Source of the DNA: Candidatus Krumholzibacteriia bacterium
GTDB taxonomy: Bacteria > Krumholzibacteriota > Krumholzibacteriia > JAJRXK01
NCBI GenBank assembly: GCA_041484665.1
Contig: JBGPIA010000004.1
Coordinates: forward strand, 32,001-96,000
DNA: 64,000 nucleotides
Direction of reading: 5' to 3'
The translations under genes and the position numbers were made by a program. The notes below the pieces were generated by a model. That model was not told the DNA's origin. It searched no databases and saw only the letters and a list, made by a program, of their open reading frames with translations. Every line of letters begins with the position of its first letter. The first letter of the stretch is position 1. Of the stretch, positions 58,178 to 64,000 are shown piece after piece.

Positions 58178-58831
58178 CTATGTTCCACTGGCTGCGGGCA
58201 GTATGATGGGCAGCCCGGGCAAACGATCCCGCAACGCGGCCCATGCGCCCTCGGCCAGGACGTGCGGCGGGGCGCCGCCATCCAGGCGGACGATCCGGCC
58301 GGGCTCGGCGGTGGCAAGCTGCAGGTAGGCCACGCGCACCGCCCGATGGAACTCCATGCGCTCGCGCTCCATGCGGTCCAGGGGGCGCTGCATGCGGTGC
58401 CGGGCCTGCTCGGGATCGAGGTCCACCAGCAGCGTCAGATCCGGCGCCAGGCTGCCGGTGGCCAGCCGGTTGAGCTCGGCCACGCGCTTCTCGCCCAGCC
58501 CCCGCCCGGCTCCCTGGTAGGCCACCGAGGCGTCGGCGTAGCGGTCGCACAGCACGATTTCGCCAGCGGCCAGCGCGGGGCGGACGATCTGCTCCACGAG
58601 CTGGGCGCGGGCGGCGAGCATCAAGAACAGCTCGCTCCAGGGCGCAACCGGCCCGTGCTCGGGTGAGAGTACTAGCTGACGCACGGCCTCCCCCAGCGCG
58701 CTGCCGCCCGGCTCGCGAGTCTGGATCACACGGCGGCCGGCCTGGGCAAGGCCTGCGGCGAGCGTCGAGAGCAACGTCGACTTGCCCGAACCCTCCACCC
58801 CCTCGAACGTGACGAACAGTCCGCCTGGCAC
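58178..58831 (-). CDS. tmk: Thymidylate kinase
   Basis: FVTFEGVEGSGKST, TREPGG, LCDRY, AYQGAGRG. Confidence 0.93.
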   Translation of the reverse strand: MPGGLFVTFEGVEGSGKSTLLSTLAAGLAQAGRRVIQTREPGGSALGEAVRQLVLSPEHGPVAPWSELFLMLAARAQLVEQIVRPALAAGEIVLCDRYADASVAYQGAGRGLGEKRVAELNRLATGSLAPDLTLLVDLDPEQARHRMQRPLDRMERERMEFHRAVRVAYLQLATAEPGRIVRLDGGAPPHVLAEGAWAALRDRLPGLPIILPAASGT

Positions 58832-58944
58832 TGCTGGCGACCTCCCGTACAACCCGGCTCGCTGAGGCTGTGGCGGCAACTGCCGAAGCCGGCCGTCGGA
58901 GCGCGGTTGTGGCCGCGGTTGCCGGCGCGCGACGCCTCGCGCGC

Positions 58945-59553
58945 TCACGCCCGGTCCTGGTCCGAGCGCGCCAGCTTGCCCCACACGTGGGCGATCCGCT
59001 GCACGACCGTCAGCCAGGTCAGCGCCGCCAGCGCGAACAGCGCGAAGCCCAGCGCAGCACGGCCCAGGGCCAGCCCCAGCACCAGCAACACGACGCGCTC
59101 GGGGCGCTCCAACCAGCCGACCTTGCACTCCTCCCCCAGCCCTTCCGCCCGTGCGCGCACGTAGCTGACGGCCAGAGAGCCCGCCAGCGCGAGCAGCGTC
59201 ACCTCCGGCAGCCACCAGGGTCCCCACTGCGACGCGTTGATGTCGCGCAGGATCGCCACGAAGATGGCCGTCTCGCTGATGCGGTCGAAGGTCGAGTCGA
59301 GGAACGCTCCCAGTCGGCTGGCGCGGCCCTGACGGCGCGCCAGCCCTCCGTCGAGGGTATCCAGCAGGCTCGCCGCCAGCAGCCCCAGGGCGCCCCAGCG
59401 CGGGTGGCCCGCGGCGACCACGCCGGCCGCGGCCAGGTTGGCCACCAACCCCGTGAACGTCAACGCCATCGGCGACACCCGCGCCGTGTCCAGCCCGGCC
59501 ACCAACGGTGCGGTCCAAGCGCGCACCACGCGGTCGAGACCCTCGCGCCTCAC
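58945..59553 (-). CDS. CDP-alcohol phosphatidyltransferase
   Basis: DTLDGGLARRQGRASRLGAFLDSTFDR, SYVRARAE, ERPER. Confidence 0.9.
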   Translation of the reverse strand: MRREGLDRVVRAWTAPLVAGLDTARVSPMALTFTGLVANLAAAGVVAAGHPRWGALGLLAASLLDTLDGGLARRQGRASRLGAFLDSTFDRISETAIFVAILRDINASQWGPWWLPEVTLLALAGSLAVSYVRARAEGLGEECKVGWLERPERVVLLVLGLALGRAALGFALFALAALTWLTVVQRIAHVWGKLARSDQDRA

Positions 59554-60227
59554 TCCTGCGCCCCCTCCACGACCAACACCATCTCGCCGCGCGGGGGGTT
59601 CTGCTCGAAATGCCCGGCCAGCTCCGCCGCGAGGCCTCGCCGCACCTCCTCGAACACCTTGGTCAGCTCGCGGCAAACGGCCATGCGGCGTTGCGGCAGC
59701 GCCTGCGCGATGGTGCGCAGCGTCTTGACCAGCCGGTGGGTCGACTCCAGCGCGACGATCGTACGCGGCTCCCGCTCCCAGGCTTGTACTTGGCGCTGCA
59801 GCGGCCCGCTGCGCCGCGCCATCCAGCCGTCGAAGACGAAGCGATCGGTGGGCAGGCCGCTGAGCACCACCGCCATGACGATGCTGCTGGGGCCGGGAAT
59901 CATCGTCACGGCGAAGCCGCCCTCCAGCGCGCTGCGGACCACCCGGTAACCCGGATCGGCCAGACCCGGAGTGCCCGCATCGCTCACCAGCACCACCGAC
60001 GCGCCGCCGGCGAGCAGGCCGCGGATCTCTTCGGCCCGCTGGGCCTCGTTGTGATCGTGGCAGCTGCGCAGGCGTGCGTGGGCGCCGAGCTCGGCCAGAA
60101 GTCTGCCCGTGTGACGCGTGTCCTCCGCGTACACCAGCTCGGCCCCCAGAAGCGTGCGCCGCGCGCGGGCAGAGAGATCCTCCCGGTTGCCGATCGGCGT
60201 CGCCACCAGTGTGAGCGTTCCCTTCAC
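59550..60227 (-). CDS. rsmI: 16S rRNA C1402 2'-O-methyltransferase
   Basis: LVATPIGN, AEDTR, VSDAGTPGLADPG, RELTKVFEE. Confidence 0.93.
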   Translation of the reverse strand: MKGTLTLVATPIGNREDLSARARRTLLGAELVYAEDTRHTGRLLAELGAHARLRSCHDHNEAQRAEEIRGLLAGGASVVLVSDAGTPGLADPGYRVVRSALEGGFAVTMIPGPSSIVMAVVLSGLPTDRFVFDGWMARRSGPLQRQVQAWEREPRTIVALESTHRLVKTLRTIAQALPQRRMAVCRELTKVFEEVRRGLAAELAGHFEQNPPRGEMVLVVEGAQE

Positions 60228-61060
60228 CCCGTCCAGTCCCGCGGGTAGAGGAAGTCCTTGTCCACCGTGCGCGCGCTGAGCTTGAGGATCACCGGGAGCT
60301 TGCGCTTGAACTGGCTGCGCTGGATCATGCCGTGCACGCGGGACACCAGCTCGGGCGAGAACCCCAACGCCGGGAGGTCGTCGGCGCGGCGGCGGCAGTC
60401 CACCAGGTGATACAGCAGCCGGTCGACCTCCTCGTACGTGAAGCCCATCTCCCCCTCGTCGGTCTGCCCCGCCCAGAGGTCCGCGCTGGGCGGCTTGTCC
60501 AGGACCGGCTGCGGCACAGCCAGCCAACTCGCCAGCAGCCGCACCTGTGTCTTGTAGAGATCGCCGATGGGCATCACCGCGCAGGCGGAGTCCCCAAAGA
60601 GCGTACTGTAGCCCAGCAGCAGCTCGGTCTTGTTGCTGGTCCCGATCACCAGGCGACGCTCCGCGGCGCTCACGTCGTAGAGGATGCTCATGCGCTCGCG
60701 CGCCATCTTGTTGCCTCGGCGCAGCGCGCCGGCCTGCGGCCGGCCGGCGAAGTAGGCGTCCACCTGCGCGGTGATGGGCTCGACGCGGGCCGCGATTCCC
60801 AGCGCGCTCGCCACGAGCTGAGCGTGGGCAAGGCTATCGGGCGAACTCGTGGCATGGGGCAGCAGCAGGGCGAGCACGGCGTCGTGACCGAAAGCGCGGC
60901 AGCACAGATGGGCGACCACCGCGCTGTCCAGGCCTCCCGACAAGCCCAGCACCACGTGGGTGAACCCGGTCCGCTCCACCTCCCGCCGTAAGCCCCGGCC
61001 CAGCACGTCCGCCGCGGCGGCCAGGTTCAGCGCCGGCGGCGTGGAGGACCCTTCGCTCAT
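60224..61060 (-). CDS. nadE: NAD+ synthetase (synthetase subunit)
   Basis: GLSGGLDS, GNKMARERM, GTSNKTE, GDLYKTQV, PSADLW. Confidence 0.93.
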   Translation of the reverse strand: MSEGSSTPPALNLAAAADVLGRGLRREVERTGFTHVVLGLSGGLDSAVVAHLCCRAFGHDAVLALLLPHATSSPDSLAHAQLVASALGIAARVEPITAQVDAYFAGRPQAGALRRGNKMARERMSILYDVSAAERRLVIGTSNKTELLLGYSTLFGDSACAVMPIGDLYKTQVRLLASWLAVPQPVLDKPPSADLWAGQTDEGEMGFTYEEVDRLLYHLVDCRRRADDLPALGFSPELVSRVHGMIQRSQFKRKLPVILKLSARTVDKDFLYPRDWTG

Positions 61061-62013
61061 GGCGTGCCTGCCCGCGGCGCGGCGGGATCCGAGTCGGCGG
61101 AGGCGGCGGATTCGGGACCGGCGGCGGCAGCGGGATCGCGGCCGGCGGAGCCAGCGTCCTCGCCGCCGGAGCCGCCGCCCAGGATGCGCTGCAACTCGTG
61201 GATCGTCAGCTCGAGGCGCTCCTCGCGTAGCACCGGGTTGGCCAGACGCGCCTGGCGCACGTTGGCATCGTCGATCTCGCCGACCACGAGCTGCTCGTCG
61301 TAGAGGGGCCCGCTCGTCACCACCTCGCCGTCCGGGCCGAACACGGTGCTGCGGCCCCAGAACAGCAGGCCGTCCTCGCTTCCGACCCGGTTGCAGAATG
61401 CGATGTAGGCGCCGTAAAGCCGGGCGTAGCTGCGCAGCGTGTCCATCCAGATCTCTGCGTTGCGCGGCAGCTCGCCCTCGCGCAGATCGCGCACCGGGCT
61501 GGCCGTCTGCACGACGATCAAGTGCGCTCCGTCCAGCAGCAGCAGCCCGACCAGCGAAGGGTGCCAGCAGTCCTCGCAGATGGCGATCCCCAGGCGCCCG
61601 CGTCGCGTGTCGAACGCGGTGACGCGCGCGCCGGATCCGACGTAGCGCGCCTCGTCGAACACCCCGTAGCTGGCCAGGTAGACCTTGCGGTGGACGTGGA
61701 CGACGCGCCCGTCCTCCAGGTAGAACCCGGCGATGTACTGCGCCAAAAGCGGCGACTCCTCGATGCCTCCCACGCAGACGCCCATGGGCGCCGCTTCGCG
61801 TGCGAGCGCCAGCAGCACCGGGTCGTCGGCGCGCAGACTCACTTCGTGCACCAGATCCTGCAGCAGGTAGCCGGTCAGCGACAACTCGGGGAAGACCAGC
61901 AGATCCACGCCGCGCTCGCGCGCCTGCGCGATCCAGCGGCGATGGGCCGCCAGATTCTGCTGCAGGTCGCCCAGGACGGCGTCGCACTGCGCCAGTCCGA
62001 TCACGTACCGCAT
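61057..62013 (-). CDS. Carbon-nitrogen hydrolase, likely stand-alone glutaminase subunit of NAD synthetase
   Basis: FPELSLTGY, HRKVYL, ICEDCW triad; ATGA overlap with nadE. Confidence 0.85.
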   Translation of the reverse strand: MRYVIGLAQCDAVLGDLQQNLAAHRRWIAQARERGVDLLVFPELSLTGYLLQDLVHEVSLRADDPVLLALAREAAPMGVCVGGIEESPLLAQYIAGFYLEDGRVVHVHRKVYLASYGVFDEARYVGSGARVTAFDTRRGRLGIAICEDCWHPSLVGLLLLDGAHLIVVQTASPVRDLREGELPRNAEIWMDTLRSYARLYGAYIAFCNRVGSEDGLLFWGRSTVFGPDGEVVTSGPLYDEQLVVGEIDDANVRQARLANPVLREERLELTIHELQRILGGGSGGEDAGSAGRDPAAAAGPESAASADSDPAAPRAGTP

Positions 62014-62108
62014 GCGTCCTCTTCCACGGTGGCGGCCGGCCTGCGCCGCCGTGCCCGCCCGTCACCCCAGGCCCGCGCCCTCATGGCCACCGCCACCTGC
62101 CCGCCGCC

Positions 62109-63554
62109 TCAAACCCGCCGCCAGAAGTCCGGCGTCAGCAGCACCAGCAGCGTCAGCAGCTCGAGCCTGCCCAGCAGCATACAGAAGATCAGGATCCATT
62201 TCCCCATCGGGGAGACGGCTGCGAACCCCGCCGCCTGGCCGACGGCGCCAAACGCCGTCCCGGTGTTGCCGAGGGTGGCGGCGACCGCGCCGATGGCGGA
62301 GGGCAGGTCCAGCCCCGTGGCGGTCATGGCCAGCGTGCCCAGGGTGCCCGCGGCCAGCAGCAGCAGGAAAAGCCCCACCACGTGCGAGAAGGCGTCGGGG
62401 GTTACAGCGTGCCCGTTGTAGCGCAGCGCGTAGACCGCGTGCGGGTGCAGGAGCTTGCGCAGCTCGTTGCGGGCGTGGCGCAGCAGCAGGAGCACGCGCA
62501 CGATCTTCAGCCCACCCGCGGTGCTTCCGGCACAACCGCCGATCAGCATGAGCATCACCAGCATGGCCTGCACGAGCCCCGTGCGAGAGGCGGGGTCGGT
62601 GGCCGCGAACCCCGCGGTGGTGGTGGTCGAGACCGCCCGCAGCAGCCCCGTGCGCACCGCTTGCGCGGCCGCAGTCGGGGATGCGGCGAGGCCCATGGCG
62701 ACCATCACGAGCGCCACCGCGGCGGTCAGCGCCAGGTAGGTGCGCAGCTCCTGGTCGCGCAGCACCGTCCTCCACTGCCCGCGCGAGAGGAGCAGCAGCA
62801 GCGCGAAATTGGTGCCGCCCAGCAGCATGAACACGATGGTCACCAGCTCCACGGGCAGGCTCTGCAGAGCCGCGATCGAGCCCTCCCGCGTGGAGAAGCC
62901 GCCGGTGCTCACGGTGGAGAAGGCGTGGCAGATGGCATCGAACGGCGAGAGGCCGCACGCAAGCAGCGCCAGCACTGCCGCTGCCGAGATCAGCACGTAG
63001 ATGCCGGACAAGAGCCGCACGCTTTCCCGCACGCGCGGCGTGAGACGGTTGGCCGCGCTGCTCGCGCGCTGCGTGCTCAGCAGCTGTACGGCCCCCACGC
63101 CGACGCGGGGCAGCACCGCCACTGCCAGCAGCACCATGGCCATCCCCCCCAGCCATTGCATGAGACTGCGCCACAGCAGCACGCCGCGCGGCAGACGGGC
63201 GAGGCCCGGCAGCACCGACGCGCCGGTGGTGGTGAAGCCGCTCACCGCCTCGAACAGGGCATCCAAGAAGCGCGGCGCGGCCCCCGACAGCCACAGGGGC
63301 ATCGCGCCCACCAGACAGGCGACCGCCGCCCCGATGGCAACTGCCAGCACGGTCCCCTGCAGGTGCGGCTCCCGGTGCTCGCGCAGGAGCAGGTGCAGCG
63401 CCGCGCCGATGAGCAACGCCGCCAACTGCACCAGCAGGAACGCCGCCCAGGCACGCTCGCCGTAGTAGAGGGAGATCGAGAGCGGCAGCAGGAGAGCCGC
63501 ACCCAGCCCGATCAGGAGCAGTCCCACGCTGCGGCCCAACGCGTGGACGTCCAT
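62109..63554 (-). CDS. trkH: Trk potassium uptake membrane protein
   Basis: SGFTTTG, QWLGGM, STGGFS, GGCAGSTAGGLK, MLLGRLE. Confidence 0.93.
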   Translation of the reverse strand: MDVHALGRSVGLLLIGLGAALLLPLSISLYYGERAWAAFLLVQLAALLIGAALHLLLREHREPHLQGTVLAVAIGAAVACLVGAMPLWLSGAAPRFLDALFEAVSGFTTTGASVLPGLARLPRGVLLWRSLMQWLGGMAMVLLAVAVLPRVGVGAVQLLSTQRASSAANRLTPRVRESVRLLSGIYVLISAAAVLALLACGLSPFDAICHAFSTVSTGGFSTREGSIAALQSLPVELVTIVFMLLGGTNFALLLLLSRGQWRTVLRDQELRTYLALTAAVALVMVAMGLAASPTAAAQAVRTGLLRAVSTTTTAGFAATDPASRTGLVQAMLVMLMLIGGCAGSTAGGLKIVRVLLLLRHARNELRKLLHPHAVYALRYNGHAVTPDAFSHVVGLFLLLLAAGTLGTLAMTATGLDLPSAIGAVAATLGNTGTAFGAVGQAAGFAAVSPMGKWILIFCMLLGRLELLTLLVLLTPDFWRRV

Positions 63555-63580
63555 GCTGCGTCCCCGCCGCGCAGCCCCGG

Positions 63581-64000
63581 TCAGAACAGCCTCTGCACGG
63601 CGCGCTCGATCCCGGGCAGGGTGAACACCACGACACGGTCACCGGGCTCGATCACATCCCCACCGTGGGGGATGACGACCTCGTAGGGCTTGATGATGGC
63701 CCCCACCAGGGCATTGCGCGGGAACTCCAGCTGCGACAGGGGCACGCCCACCGCCTTGCTCTTGTCGGTGGCGGAAAGCTCGAGGATCTCCACCTGGTTC
63801 TCCCGCAGCGAGGTCATGCTGAGCACGTTGCCCTTGCGGAAGTAGCGCATGATGGCGTCGGCGGTGGAGATGCGTGGGCTGACGGCGGCGTCGATGCCGA
63901 TGACGGATGCCAGCGGCACGTAGTGCAGCCCCTTGATCACGGCGATCGTCTTGCGGGCGCCGTGATAACGCGCCACCAGGCTGGCGGTGATGTTGAGCTG
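63581..64000 (-). CDS. trkA: Trk potassium uptake protein TrkA, C-terminal part (5' truncated)
   Basis: GIDAAVSPR, RCK-C like LVGAIIK...VIPHGGDVIEPGDRVVVF; adjacent to trkH. Confidence 0.85.
   Translation of the reverse strand, partial: QLNITASLVARYHGARKTIAVIKGLHYVPLASVIGIDAAVSPRISTADAIMRYFRKGNVLSMTSLRENQVEILELSATDKSKAVGVPLSQLEFPRNALVGAIIKPYEVVIPHGGDVIEPGDRVVVFTLPGIERAVQRLF

Noticed and set aside
61078..61180. Imperfect short repeats at the end of the CN-hydrolase gene
   Set aside because: They encode a low-complexity Ala/Gly/Pro/Asp tail and are not an independent element

Overview
High-GC bacterial chromosome window of mostly minus-strand housekeeping and signalling genes, with no mobile element, tRNA, rRNA or CRISPR array seen. 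Gene content (PorX-like regulator next to tsaE, large LptD, secreted proteins ending in SWGxVKSLY) suggests an FCB-related or candidate-phylum organism; this is inference only. Order: partial prkA; a sigma54 signalling island (secreted beta-propeller, hybrid kinase, candidate sRNA, giant pseudokinase-TPR enhancer-binding protein, degenerate REC-HisKA protein); two small zinc-binding proteins; cystathionine gamma-lyase and beta-synthase; a DEDDh exonuclease; a UshA-like/tetraheme cytochrome c gene with an in-frame TGA (probable selenoprotein); lptD, ROK, folC, accD, rimI, tsaB, tsaE, porX-like, kinase, serS; pyrF, pyrE, GT-C, eboC-like and eboF-like genes; a YdjY/prenyltransferase-repeat module; an NtrC-type pair; a candidate structured ncRNA; an M16 peptidase pair, mpg, an ABC system, two paralogous secreted proteins, ctpA, tmk, a CDP-alcohol transferase, rsmI, split NAD synthetase, trkH and trkA. 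The top observations are (1) a sigma54 enhancer/promoter/terminator unit defining a ~185-nt candidate sRNA whose 3' part is complementary to a duplicated element in the sigma54-driven prkA leader, and (2) the PCG-U selenoprotein cytochrome. All product calls come from motif recognition by eye, not database searches.
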